Part shown: piece by piece, positions 1-13,670 of the stretch
Layout of the letters: the number at the start of each line of letters is the position of its first letter
Numbering within the stretch: the first letter of the stretch is position 1
Source: the human T2T-CHM13v2.0 reference genome, Homo sapiens
Assembly (NCBI RefSeq): GCF_009914755.1
Contig: NC_060929.1
Length of the DNA: 64,000 nt
Direction: 5' to 3' (one strand)
The notes under the pieces: generated by a model
Seen by the model: the letters and a program-made list of their open reading frames with translations, nothing else
Database searches by the model: none
Told to the model about the DNA's origin: nothing
Translations under genes and position numbers: made by a program

Positions 1-204
1 TCAAGCAATTCTCCTGCCTCAGCCTCCCGAGTAGCTGGGATTACAGGCGCATGCCACCATACCTGGCTAATTTTAGTATTTTTAGTAGAGATGGGGGTTT
101 CACCATGTTGGCCAGGCTGGTCTTGAATTCCTGACCTCAAGTGATCTACCCGCCTCAGCCTCCCAAAGTGCTGGGATTACAGGTGTGAGCCACCACACCT
201 GTCC
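1..204 (-). mobile_element. AluS (Sx-like), cut by the window edge
   Basis: Reverse-complement Alu: GCCTCAGCCTCCCGAGTAGCTGGGATTACAGG ... CCTGACCTCAAGTGATC ... CCCAAAGTGCTGGGATTACAGG. Confidence 0.95.
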
Positions 205-329
205 AAGAGAGTTTAAATTAACCCTCAAAAGAAACATTCAGGTGTTGGATTATACTCATCCTCTAACACCAGCTCAATCATTCACAATGGGTCAGTTAAT
301 GACAAACATTCTCTCTTAATAGCTCACCA

Positions 330-730
330 TCCTTGAGATTACCTAATGTCTGTTCCTACTGGTTGACTCTACACTGATCACTCACCTTTAACCCCAGGAG
401 AAGCCCAGTTCAGGCTGCCTCAGCCCCAGGTTCTTTCTTCTGCAAGCCCTTGATCACTCTGACTAGTCCCTTCTCCATTTTTGGCACCCCACATCTTACT
501 CTCCTTCCTCAGGGAAAATTCTTCTGACCCCTAGACCCAATGAGATATTTCCTCCATGCTACAGAAACTCAAAGCCTCATTTTTTGTAGCAATTATTATA
601 ATTGGAAGTGAATGATTTACAGACAAATTGGCCACCTGAGTCCCCTGATAGGGTGTAATAGTTAGAATGGGGACCACGACTTGTTCATCACTGTGTCTCC
701 AGCTCTTAGCACGATAGTTCTTAGCTCAAA
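330..730 (+). mobile_element. L2 LINE remnant
   Basis: Degenerate L2 3' sequence (TTGTTCATCACTGTGTCTCCAGCTCTTAGCAC); boundaries approximate. Confidence 0.5.
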
Positions 731-1734
731 GAGAATGTATAAATTCCTGTCTGTTTCCTAAAGCTGTGGGATAGCATCACAGAGTGCGTGGGTAGGATTA
801 TGTGTAGCCATAATCTTCAGAAAAGAAGGAGCATTCTAGCAGGAGATGATGGATGAATCTGTCATGACTTAAATAGGTAAGTGATCCTGGAGATTGTCTG
901 CACTTGGTTCACACTGTGACAATTTCACTATCTGTCATGGGGACCTGTGTCTTGGTTGCTGGGTCTCTGAACATTGACAAAAGGCTGCATTCTGTATCCA
1001 TGACCTTCCCTCTGCAATCGAAGTAAATGATGAGGGATAAAAGGGGAAGGGGATGAGGAGTGAAGATGATCAAGCTGAAGGGAGGCTTATTATTTATCCA
1101 AACCGTGGAATAGGAGGCCTCCACAACATCCAAAATGTATTCTTCCCTTCAAGAGACATGTAATACACACCAGCAGTCATCAGAGAGCGCCATTGCTGTA
1201 TTAATAATCCAAAACATTCGGAAATGGCTGTGCGGAACATTGTTTTAACTTTGGCTTAGGTAGTAATCTGGTTTTCAGGTATCCTTCACGTAGCAAATTG
1301 TTGTTGCTTCTCAGTATTAAAACTTGTCTGTAATAAGTTGCCCGACCCCAAAGAATTACGCATTTTAGGTGCTGGAATATTTTTTGTTGAAGGCCACATG
1401 AAAAAGTAGAACTTCCCCAAGCCCAAATCTAGACCTCACTGAAACTGGAAAAGAAATGAGATCTATCATTTGCCAAGGGAGATATAAGAAAGTAGTCACA
1501 TGTATGGACTTTTTGCATCAGGTGACACTGGATTGGAATCCCAGCTGGCAAAGCTGGATCATCCCTCTGAACCTTAGTTTCCCCAGGACAGTGGAGAGGC
1601 TTAAGTGCCATTTCGGCAATCCATTTTAGCACAATTCCTGGTCTTTAGCAAATGTTTAATAACATATTATCATCATGAATTTACATTTGGGTCAGGAGGT
1701 GATTTAATTAACTTCTATTTCTCCTCTTAGCCTC

Positions 1735-1865
1735 TAAATTCCACAAAGGCAGGGATTGTCCATTTCAACCATCATTGCATCCCTAGCACCAAGAACAGTG
1801 CCTGGGACATCAGGCTCTCCACAAATATATGACGGATGAATGAAAAACAATAAAGGATGAGTGAA
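1735..1865 (+). mobile_element. L2 3' end
   Basis: TTGCATCCCTAGCACCAAGAACAGTGCCTGGGACATC ... ATGAATGAA. Confidence 0.65.
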
Positions 1866-2454
1866 TGGGAAATTTACTCTTCTAGGTATAGGATAAGGCC
1901 ATTTAAGACTTTTGATAATGCCCTGGACCAAATGTCAGAATATAGTCAATATTCAGAGGGGTCAAGTACAATCTAGGAATCTGTCCATAATATATGACTA
2001 AACTGGACTAAGAGTCTGGGGCTTGGAGCAGGCCCAAGGTTAGAAGATAATCTGGGAGTTGCCTTGGTAACCTTCCGACCTTCTAATCGAAGATCCTGGT
2101 CCTGAAGCGAGAGCATTCCAGAGCCCTAAGACTGAGCCCAGGGCTGCATTTAGACACCAAAGCTGCTTGGGGTAGACTAGTTATTGGTCCTTCTTTGTGA
2201 TCATGAGGTGGCTCTTTTTCTTCTTACCTATGTTTATTCATCCAAGGAGTCTTGCCAATTCTTAGTCTGGACAGCTGTTCATTTCTTAATTAACAGCATC
2301 CAGAGTTTCTTGAGATTGCCTTGTCTATAGCATTTTGGCTACATCTGCACCATCTGATCCCTGCTTTTTTGTTGTTGTTGTTTGTTTCCTTTTGATGTTT
2401 TCCAGCATCTCTAATGATAGATTGGATCTGATACGCATTAAGAAGAAAAACAGG

Positions 2455-2776
<322 letters not shown>

Positions 2777-2964
2777 TTAATACACAGGAATCCCCAGCAC
2801 CAAGCAACACTACTAGCATCTCTCCAACCAAATACGCATCTTGGACAAGATTTCATGCTACAGTGTTTTTAACACATTGTCATGTCAAATTATTAGTAAT
2901 AGAGGATGTATAGTGAAAGAGGAAACCTGATACAATACAGAGAAAAAGGTGAGACATTTGGGTT

Positions 2965-3160
2965 TTGGGTTACGTTTGGATCCAGCCCCTCTGCTTATTG
3001 GCTGTGTGACCTAGGGCAATCCATTAGCCAGTCTGAGCCTCCATTTGCTCATCTGTAAAGTGGGGATAGTAATACCTGCCTTGAAGAACTGTCACAAAAA
3101 TTAGAGACAATATCTGTGTAGAACCTGACACAGAGTAGGCCCTCAATAGCTAATAACTAA
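2965..3160 (+). mobile_element. MIR SINE
   Basis: GCTGTGTGACCTAGGGCAA ... CTGAGCCTCCATTTGCTCATCTGTAAAGTGGGGATAGTAATACCT core. Confidence 0.85.
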
Positions 3161-3429
3161 TAATGTGGACTTGATACAACAACCCGATGTATTTAATTGT
3201 AGCCTATTATTGGGCAGAAGTCTTGGCTAATGTGTATCTAGAGTTAACACTAATAAATGTATTAGTTTGATAGTTTCAATCTTATGATGACGTAGGGATT
3301 GACTCAGCCAGTCTCTAAAGTGGTGGACTCAGTGAAGCCAAGTTCATGGCCAAATCCTGCATGCTACTGCTGCTGGGTCTGGATCCATCCTCTACCTCTG
3401 TCTTCACACTTGGTGTTCTCTAGCAACAC

Positions 3430-4030
3430 TTCCTCTGCCCCCAGTTACTTCTAGTTGCCTACCCAATATCCATTTCCCCTAATTTATAAACAGGATCCAA
3501 TTTTGTCTGGGGCTGCAGCACATCTGGCTAAAGTATATACATCTGTGATTTCCTTGTTGCTAAGAGTGACCGTAGGGCCCAGTTCTGGCTGAGGAGAGAG
3601 AAACTGAGGGTTTCTGGGAAAGCTTTGCCTTGCTGATAGAAGCACCACTCCTTCCTGCTGTAGCATCCTTCCTTCTTCCTGCAGGGAGGTTCAGCACTCA
3701 AGAACCAACACCCTGAGGGTTATTTGGGGCCATGTTACTAGTTCCGGCCAAAGAGTTGTGAGCAGAAGTGACTTGTGTCACTTCTAGGCCGGGCCATTTT
3801 CATACCAACATAAGACCTCCCAGAGCTCTCTTTCCACCTGCCGTGGTAACCAGGAAAATTTGAGATGATGGCTAATCTATCATCCTGGGCCTCAAAGTGA
3901 GGTGATGTGGAGCAGAGGCCCCAGATAACCCGACATGTAACATGAGTGAGAAAGAGACCTTTTGTTTTAAGCCACTGAGATTTGGAGTTGTTTTTGACTG
4001 TGGCGTAACCTAGCCTATCCTGCCTGATAC
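3430..4030 (+). mobile_element. Old MaLR LTR remnants (MLT1J-like), possibly two pieces
   Basis: GAAGTGACTTGTGTCACTTCTAGGCC ... TTGTTTTAAGCCACTGAGATTTGGAGTTGTT ... TAACCTAGCCTATCCTGCCTGATACA end. Confidence 0.7.
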
Positions 4031-4155
4031 AACCCTGAGCACATTCCTCCACTAACGCCATCACTTTTGGAATGACCAAATATGAAAGCTAATGAGTGAA
4101 TAAATGCATGAGTGGATCAAATTTCTTCCCCAGGGCCCTGTGCCTTCAGATGATT

Positions 4156-4465
4156 TCTTTTTTTTTTCTTTTTTCTTTTTTTTTGCGACGGAGTCTCGCC
4201 CTGTCGCCCAGGCTGGAGGGCAGTGGTGTGATCTCGGCTCACTGCAAGCTCCGCCCCTCCAGGTTTAAGCAATTCTCTGCCTCAGCCTCTGGAGTAGCTG
4301 GGATTACAGGCGCGTGCCACCACGCCCGGCTAATATTTTGTATTTTTAGTAGAGACGGGGTTTCACCATCTTGGCCAGGCTGGTCTTGAACTCCTGACCT
4401 CATGATCCACCCGCCTTGGCCTCCCAAAGTGCTGGGATTACAGGCGTAAGCCACCACACCCGGCC
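4156..4465 (-). mobile_element. AluS (Sg-like)
   Basis: Full reverse Alu with poly-T; TSD CAGATGATTTCT / CAGATAATTTCT. Confidence 0.95.
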
Positions 4466-4524
4466 CAGATAATTTCTATGAGTGACTCAACCTAGTTTAC
4501 TCTATAACTCTTTGAGACAGCTTA

Positions 4525-4700
4525 GGTCAGTCCTTCTTTAACTTTGGTGTTTGTTGAAATTCCCTGAGGACGTCGTCAAAACATACAGGTGCTCAGTCAT
4601 CCTGCCAAACCCACAGAATGGATCTGTAGAGACAGGCCATAGCCGTTTACATTTTTAAGCAAGTTTTCAAGGGGGTTCTGAGAGTGGGCCAGGGTGGGGA
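4525..4700. mobile_element. MER5-like hAT-Charlie MITE
   Basis: CATTTTTAAGCAAGTTTTCAAGGGGGTTCTG resembles the MER5 internal motif. Confidence 0.55.
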
Positions 4701-4997
4701 ACTGTTGTTTCTCTGGGTAGAAACATCAGATCCGTCAACGGAGCAGAAAGAGAGATTATTTTCGGCACGTGGGTTTCTCGAAATCATTTTCTCCTCAACT
4801 CCTACTCCCATCCTGCCTGCTTGTTTCTGGCTGGCCACTTCTGCCTAAAACTGAATACCTTTGGTAAAGATTTACTTGAATGCAAAAGTCAAGCTCTACG
4901 ACCTTTGTTGGCAATGTATCCTCTCTGGCCTTTGCACCTCTTGCCTGTAAAAGAAAGGAGCTGAAACAGGGTGATCAGAAGAGTAGTAGATCTGTGA

Positions 4998-5414
<417 letters not shown>

Positions 5415-5919
5415 AATATGTATTATGTGTATACATTCACGTGTGCTGCACGCCCTGGGGCATAATGATGGGACAAAGTTTAAAGCTGCGGACAAATGTC
5501 TCCTTTGCTCCTGCCAATATTTATCTGCAATTGCATGTTTAGCGTTATTTGGAGAGAATATCTAAATCTGAGGACTCTGGACCGTGAGGCCCAGGGGAAT
5601 AGCTCTCCTGCCATCCAATCTCATCCAAGGACTTCCCACATCCTGTGCCAAGAGAGCACAGGGAAGCCTAGCTCTGGGTGTCTGGGTGTGGCTCAGGTGT
5701 GGCTGGGTGTGGCTTAGGTACCACCTCTCTGTGGCCAGGCTGTGTCAGAGGCAAGCAGAAGTATCTGAGCTGATGCTCGTGGGAATCCCTTTCATTTCCG
5801 AGGGTTGAGCAGGCCCCAGCATGTGCTGGATGTTTCTGAAAATGCAGCTGAAATCCTAGAGATTCAGGGGATGGGGAGAGGAGAACAGCAGATGGTGCCA
5901 GCCAGGGGAAGGGAAGTAA

Positions 5920-6310
5920 TATTTATTACGCACCTTCTACATACCTGGTCCTTACCCTCCTTACTCCCATCACCTCTAGTTGAGACAAAAGCTCTGCAAG
6001 GCAAACAGATGTTATTCCCATTTTACAGATGAGAAGACTAAGGGGCAGAGAAGGGACATCAGTTGCCTGGTGTTGAAGCCAGGGTTCAAACAAGACTGCC
6101 TGATACCTAAAGCCTGGGTTCCTCCTGCTATAACATATCAGGAGAATTGTGGCCTTCAGAGATAGGTCTGGGGTAGAATCCTGGCCCCACCACCAGGAGA
6201 GGTTATCTCTCTTCTTGGAGCCTCTTTCCTTGTGTGTGACATGAGGACAATAATAGAACCTACATCACAGGGATGCTGTGAGAATTATATGAGACAATGC
6301 CTGGTAAGGG
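5920..6310. mobile_element. Two MIR remnants in opposite orientation
   Basis: CCCATTTTACAGATGAGAAGACTAAGG (-) and GAGGACAATAATAGAACCTACATCACAGGGATGCTGTGAGAATT (+). Confidence 0.7.
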
Positions 6311-6479
6311 CCAGGCTCTAGACCATGCTCCCATGATGATTCTAGAAAGAAAAGGGACTCAGCTGTGGTGATTTGCTGTAGAGGGGAGGGGCCATGCCGG
6401 GGTGAGGAGGGACATGCGTATAGATTTTATGACTCCTGAGTTCAGAAAGCTTTCTCAGGGCACAGGTGGCTGTTGTTGA

Positions 6480-6765
6480 ATGCAGCCAGCCTTCCCAGGG
6501 GCCAGGGCGAAGTCCCACAGAGATGTGTAATAGCTGAGTGGGCAGCATGGGAGGCATCTGATGTCGTGTCTGTCTCAGCATCAGGGTAGTGACGTCTCTA
6601 CAGGATCTCCAGTGGTGTGATGTGGGTGTGGATCCTATCCCTGTAGTCTCTCAGCCTGAATCTCTGGCCTTCCCAGAGATCTTGAGAGTCACTCATATTC
6701 TATCCTGCATACCTTTGCTGCTTAAAGTTGCCAGAATTCATTTCTGTTACAACTAAGAACCTTTC
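6480..6765 (+). mobile_element. ERVL LTR33-like remnant
   Basis: TGCTTAAAGTTGCCAGAATTCATTTCTGTTACAACTAAGAACC 3' end. Confidence 0.55.
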
Positions 6766-8079
6766 CCGGGTAAGTAGGTGGAGGAAGGAGTGGCTCAGGG
6801 CCCCAGGAAGAAGGAAGAGTTTGAGCAAAAGCTCAGAGGCTTGAAGGGTATCAGTATATTCTGAAAAGGTGGGGCTGGTCCCATGAGCTGCGTGGAGGTT
6901 GCAGAGCATGTGTTTGAGATAGGGTGATGAAGTAGCCTGGGACCTCAAATGCTGCAATTTCAGAGATTGAATTTGACCTTGGAGTAAAGACAATGCTTTT
7001 CAATAGGGCAGGAGCAGCATAGTATACAAAATTTACGAAGATTCTTCTGGGACAGCACGGAAGTGTGAGTGGATGGGGTGACACTGGAGGCAGGGAGACC
7101 AGAGAGGGGGCTGCAGGGATCATCTCATGGGGCGGGTGTTGGCTAGGGCATCACTGCTCCTTGAGATCTGGCTCAGCCTGCTCACTGCCTCCCAACCTAC
7201 CTCTCCCCATGGCCATCCTAGGTCCTGCAGAAGGCCAATCCTGACCCCCTCCATGATTTCTTCAAATTCTTCACCTCTGCATTGAAGTCCTGCCTCTACT
7301 GTATTCTTTTAAATTTAGGGGCTTTTATACGAATCTCAGCACCTGGATTATTTGGTACTGATTGACTTTCTGAAGGTATCAGAGGAGGGACTGATGTTTC
7401 AGCCACATTAAAAACAAATAAACAAGTGGCAAATTGTACTTTCAACCTTGTTCTTAGAGGACATTCCATGTCCCAAGGGACCCATAGTCAGCCTCCCACC
7501 CACTCACTATCCAGCTCACAGTGCCTCGCTTCCCCCGGATCTTCTTGGGGACACACCCTGGCCTGTCATCTCTCTGCAACCAAAACAAAGTGTGGGCCCA
7601 AGAAGCCTGTGGATATTCTAGGCATCCTGGCTCCTGCTGCCTGTCAGACAGTTACAAGAAGAGGATTTATTTCCAGAGGGAGCCTGGGGCTACAGTGAAG
7701 CACCCATCTTCCTTAGGAGACAGTGGCTCAGGAGCCTGTAGGCAGGAAAAAGGCTGCCTGCCTGAGCTCCAAGAGGCTGGGCTTGGCTCCCAGCTCCCCT
7801 TACTCTGGGCCCTCCAGTGCTTCATTCGTGGGCTGTGCTTCCAACATCTGCTGCTGCCACTTGCAGTTTGAGCAGAGTGTCTTCTGGGGCCACACCCAGA
7901 AGTAAGGGTTTCCTCTAGCCCCTAGGTGCTGCTAGATACATGTACAGTTCTCAGGGGCTCAACCAGGAATGAAACTCTGCTCTCCTACCTCCATTTCAGT
8001 GCTCTGTCTTCTGTTCCCTTTCCAGGTGGGCTTTGATTGGCAGGCCCCATTCAGTGGACCCTGGGCATTGTCAACACTA

Positions 8080-8880
8080 CTTGCCAGATTTCCCCAGCTC
8101 TCTGCCCTCCAGATCTGAGGCAAGACGGCACTTGCTGGCCCCAAGGCAGGGCCATGTGACTAGGTCTGGCCAGTGAGCCATGCGTGGAAGTGACATATGT
8201 CACTTCTGGTTGGGAGCCTGTAATTGCTGCTCTAATCACCCCTTCCCAATGCCATGGTGACTGTGGGAAATATTTGAGATCAGGCGGCTCCAGCAGCCTG
8301 AGGTCTGAGTTAAGAAAGTCCTGGAATGGAGCCCCTTGCTGGACATGTAAGCGTGACCCAGAAATAACCCTTGGTTGTTTTTAAGCCCCTCAGATTTAAG
8401 ATGTTTTTGTTACTACAGCATTACTGAGCCTAACCTGATTGATACGTGCACATTTGCCTGAGATTTGGTTACCTGGCATCTCAACTCTCAATGCCCTTCC
8501 TATTTGGGGGAACTCTGTACCCCCTGAGGCTTGTTAGGTGGCAGAGCCTTCCTATGGGTAGAGAAAATACCAGATACCCACTTTCCCAGCCTCCTTTGCA
8601 GCTCTGTGCACAGCCATGGCCAGAAGGGACAGTGCTCCAGCTGCAATGACAGGGGCCCTGTGTTTGTAGCAGCTGCAGCAATGATGTCACTGGACTGGTT
8701 CTGGAGCAAGAGTTTTGTTTGTGATTCTGGCTGCGAGACCGCCCTTTTTCTTACCTATTTCCTGAGCCTAGTTCTTCAGTCTTCCTGTCAATTCCGTGAG
8801 CTACCTAGAATCTTTCAATGAATTCCCTTTCAGCTTAAATCACCCAGAATACATTTATGTTGCTTGCAACTAAGAGCCTT
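8080..8880 (+). mobile_element. MLT1-type LTR followed by an LTR33-like remnant
   Basis: CCATGTGACTAGGTCTGGCCAGTGAG ... GAAGTGACATATGTCACTTCTGG ... AACCTGATTGATAC; then CAGCTTAAATCACCCAGAAT ... GTTGCTTGCAACTAAGAG. Confidence 0.65.
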
Positions 8881-11094
8881 GGAGCAGTACTGCCAGTTAG
8901 AGGTCAATGTGAAGCTGGAAGGGAGGGCAGAAACTGGCAAGATGCACCTGCCTTCCCTTGCTTTTCTCAAACTTGCTTCTCCAGGGGCAGGCCTTGTATA
9001 TCTTAGCCCAGTGCAAGCAAGGGTCTTCTGGTCAGACTTGGTCACCTTTTGGGCATGTGAGCCTCACTTCCCTTATCTGTAGAATAGAGTGACTAAAAGA
9101 CCTTATTTTTAGGGTGGATATGAGGAAGGCATTTGAAAGAGAATGTATTTGAGAGAGTTCCAGGAATGATAAAACAAGACCCCCAGTACAAGTTTACCAT
9201 GTTATTATTGTCAAGTGTTAGCTTGCATGAGTATATCCAGCTGTGGAATCGCAGTTGGCATAACAAGGTAAAGTGGCATCTTGAGACCCTTCCTAATGTC
9301 ACTCTGTCACTCAGCTCTTTGGAGGTTACAGTTCATTCCTCTTCATTCAGACCCATGTGAGGTTCTGCCCAAGAGACCTAAAAACCCCAGCCTTTAGATA
9401 CGAAGAAATTCCTTGTGAACTTGGTAAAAACAGAGAAGCATAGAGGTGGGAAAGAATATTAGGGACCGTTTTATTCAACATTCAACTTGCAGAGTTCAGA
9501 GACAGGGAGCCACTAACCCACGGCCACACAGCAACTCTGTAGCTGAGCTTGGGGGTTGGAATGTGGAACTTTTGAACCTGATATTGGGGTTGTAATCTGG
9601 AGGTAGGGTTGTTTTATAATCCAAGTCTGCAGAAATATACTGGAAATAGGACGATTCTCTCTCAAATTAACAGCCCTATTTCATAACAACTGATGACCAA
9701 CTGATGCTCGTTCCGTCCTACAGAAAGATCCCGAGAGGGCCCCTTCTCCTTTTCTTTCTCCGCTGTCTAAAATGCTTTATTGAGGAAGGGTGAAAAATTG
9801 CTGAATTGATCTTTTTAAATGAACACGGATCTGAACCAAAGAAATTCGGAAGAAGAGAACTTTCTCATCCAAGTGGCTGCCAACACCTCACCCCCAGCTG
9901 AAGCGCTCCCTTGTTCTCTCCTGCTCTGCCCCAGATTCATGGGCTGCTCTCCGAATCGTTGGCAAATTTCTCTGTACTGTCCTGACAACCTCCAGCCATG
10001 AAATTAAAAAGCTAGTTACCGAATCTTGCTCCTAACGGCTTTGTCCTTGCCAGCAATTCGACAGAGAAATCTGGAAGAGAGAGAGCCTCCACTTCGCCTG
10101 CAGTGGGTTGAAATGCTGCTGGAATGACAATGGGATTCGCAGTGGGAGGAGGAGAGAATGCGCAGTTTGCCAGGAATGAATGAATGAAAGGGAGAGAGAA
10201 AGAAAGAGTGAACTTCGGGCTTTAAACTGAAAAATTCCAGTGTCTCAGCAGAAGCCCTGATGCCTTTACTCCCAGACCTGCTACAAAATGCTGAGCAGGC
10301 ACATTTCCCCACACCAGTGCCCTCTGGCCCTCAGCCTGGGTTCAGAGCTAGGGGCCGGAAAGCTGGAGAGTTGGAATTTGGGAGAGGAAGTGACTTCAAA
10401 CTGGGGCAAGCCCTGGGAGGCCAGTCTACCTAGCCAGCTGGCTTTCCTCCCCCCATCTCATGTGTCTCCCCTGAATTCAGACATCGTCCACGCCCCCAAG
10501 GAATTTTAAGAAATCCTCAAAACCCAAGGAATTTTAATTGCCCTTAATTAAGGAAAAATGTTCTAGAAGACCACTGCAGTGTGGCTCAATGTGATATGGG
10601 TCCCTGAGCTCAGGAGGGTAAGGCTCAGCCTTGTTGCTGTCTGTGTTCCAGCCCTTGGCCTCGGGACCCACACAGAGCAAGGGGCTGGCAGATACCTGTT
10701 GGACAAAGGGATAGGACCAGCTGCATTCAGGGAGCCCTTTTTCCTGCCTTTGCCCTGTTCGGGCATGGACTTACAGATGGATCTTGTGATGTGCAGGGGT
10801 CGCAGGAGAGAGAGGCATTTGAGCCCTCGCTCAGTCTCCAGGGACAGGCGGAATGAGGTTGGAGTCCCAGCTCTGTGATGTCTTAGCCAAGAGACCTTGA
10901 GTGAGTTATCTGTAAAATGGGATTCCCCGTGGTGGTAGCTCACTGGGGGGGCTGGCAGATTAAATAAAGTCTTACATGTAAAGTGCTTGTCATATAGTCA
11001 ATGCTCAGTCCCCATGCATCTTGGAATTAGTCTCATTGCTGGACAGGCCTGGTATTGAATGGACCCTGGGAAGCTGTGTTGGCCCTCGCTATTT

Positions 11095-11550
11095 AACTGA
11101 GCCTTCACTCACTCACTCATTCATACAAATACTTATCTAATGCCTTCCACGTGCTACCCTGTGCTAGGGGGTAGGGCAAGAAGAGTAAGTAAAAGGTAGC
11201 ACAGTTTCAGTACTTGGAGCTTAGCCAGCAAGCAAGCAACAAACAAAAAAGCAAACATGCAAAATCAAGATCAAAATCATTTTGGGTGCAGATAAGTTGA
11301 TGATCAGAGGAGGCCTCTCTTGGGAGGTGACATTTGAGCTAAGACCTAAATAACAAGAAGGAGCTGGGTACACTTAGACCTACAAGGCAGGAAGAGGGTC
11401 CCAAGGTAGGGAACAATAGCAAAGGCTTGGAGATGGGAACAAGCCTGGCCTGACCGAGGGGCAGCGGGGACGAGGATGGCTGCAGGGGGAGGCCTTGCGG
11501 GAGTTCAGGTTGCATTCTAAGAATTCTGGGGAGCCACTGGAGAGGTTATT
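11095..11550 (-). mobile_element. L2 remnant
   Basis: CATTCATACAAATACTTAT ... GGAGGTGACATTTGAGCTAAGACCTAAATAACAAGAAGGAG ... GGGGAGCCACTGGAGAGG. Confidence 0.75.
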
Positions 11551-13305
11551 TCACAGTGTTGGGAACAGGAAAAGCAGGAAGTCGGCCTGGAGGATTGGGG
11601 CTGGAGCCCAGAATGTGTGCTGGGTGTCACTGGCTCTCACCAACCTCTCCTTGGAGGCTGGATCTGGCCCCCTCTTTGCCTTGCACATGCTGCAACTCTG
11701 CATGACAGGGCAGGTCTTGCAGAACAGTGATGCAGCAATACCTAACTCAGCATTATTATGTGTGGCCCACCTTCTCAGAAGTGCATGTCTCCCCCAACCT
11801 CAGGGTTACCCCTGCATGGAGGAGTAGACCCCCTGCTGCTCCCCACACACCTGCCCTGGCATGGAGCACATGCTGCTATAGCAGCCAGGGACCTACTGGA
11901 GTCAGAGATGCTCTTCCCAGGCTTGGCCTGATGGGGGCAGTATCAGGAGAGCTCCATGGTGGGCCGGTCCTCCATCCCCCCAGGCTGAGTCCACCCTCTC
12001 AGCCAAGATGCCCCTGGTCCAAGCTGTGCCATAGGCCCTGCAGCCACCCTAGGGGTGGAATCTGGAGTCCTAAGACTGTGATAGCATGACCAGCCAGTTC
12101 ACAAAGCACTGCACCCTTGGGGTCAGACAGCCAAGAGCTCCCTGTGTTATGGAGCTTGAGATTCTCCCCATTGAAAGGGAGCTAAGAAGTTAAGAGGCAT
12201 TGAATCCAGCCTCATACATTCACTCAGTAAATGTTTGTCAAGCTTCTATGATGTGCCATACATTATATCAGCACAGGGTTATATACTAAAGATGGAGGAC
12301 TCTGTGGCGCCCAAAGCAGAAATGATTCTGGCCCTCATGGACATCTGTATTTCTAGGGGGGTGAACAGACACAGAACAAATCAACCTACAAATACATAAT
12401 TCTAAACCATGACAAGTGACAGAAAAGACAGAAACAAAGCATGGGGCTTATGTTCCAGATCCAGGAGTGGCCAAACTGGATCCGACGGTACAGAGATGAA
12501 TGGCTCAGCTAAGATCAGAATCATAAAACACCATTTTGAAGGGCACTGATGCATTCCCAGAATGCCTGTATCATATATGAAATTCATTATTAACAATAAC
12601 TGCCAAAATAAATCAATATGAAAACGATGTTGTGGAGAAAGTCTGTCTGGCTAGTATTGAGACTCGTTGGCGAATCTTGACATAACGAAAGTTGTTAAAT
12701 GTAGTGGTCTGTTTACTGTGTTTGTAAACACAAAAATGAGAACAGATGACATGTTTGTGGAGCTTCTTCTGTGTCAGGCACTGTGGTGGGCACTGGGGGC
12801 CCAAGGATAAGCACCCTGCTTGTTTGGCATTGCCTGGAAGTAAAGCACTCCCACCCACACACCGGAAGCCCCTCACAGTGACTGCCTGCACTGTGCCAAG
12901 TGAGGGATGGCTGGGCTGCACATTCCTGGGCTGTCTGTTTTGTTTTGCTTCAAGATTTGACCTTGTCGCCAGATTTCTGTCAAGATTAACCTGGCAGAGT
13001 TTCTGATGTAGTTCATTCTACAGCGAGTTAGGCTTCCGCATTTGATGAAGTCAATATACCTGCATCATGGTGAGGCAGGCACAGAAGAGGAGGTTTGCGT
13101 GGCAGAACAATCCCTTTTTAGATTAGGAAACATAGAATTCATGTTGGAGAAAAGAGTGCTATTTCTGTCTCCAATCCGATTTTGTACCCACTTTCAGTTT
13201 TAAGCTGTGCCCCATTCCAGAGCAAAATCCTCCTCTCCTTCCTCTCCTCCTCTCCCCCACTGCCCCCTTCTTTTTCTCCTCAAGTCCTCCCTCCTCCCTC
13301 CCTTC

Positions 13306-13670
13306 ATCTCCTACCCCCCTCCTCCTCCTCATCTCCTACCCCCCTCCTCCTCCTCATCTCCTACCCCCCTTCTCCTCCTCATATCCTACCCCCCTTCTCC
13401 TCCTCATCTCCTACCCCCCTCCTCCTCCTCATCTCCTACCCCCCTCCTCCTCCTCATCTCCTACCCCCCTTCTCCTCCTCATCTCCTACCCCCCTTCTCC
13501 TCCTCATCTCCTACCCCCCTTCTCCTCCTCATCTCCTACCCCCCTCCTCCTCCTCATCTCCTATCCCCCTCCTCCTCATCTCCTACCCCCTCCTCCTCAT
13601 CTCCTACCCCCCTCCTCCTCATCTCCTACCCCCTCCTCCTCATCTCCTACCCCCCTCCTCCTTATCTCCT
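13306..13670. repeat. C/T-rich minisatellite: ten 25-bp units then five 21-22-bp units, inside a ~650-bp polypyrimidine tract (13229-13880)
   Basis: Unit ATCTCCTACCCCCC(T)(C/T)CTCCTCCTC starts every 25 bp from 13306 to 13556, then at 13578, 13599, 13621, 13642 and 13664. Confidence 0.95.

Noticed and set aside
13306-13670. CRISPR-like periodic array
   Set aside because: The units are head-to-tail with no unique spacers, there are no cas genes, and the context is primate DNA.
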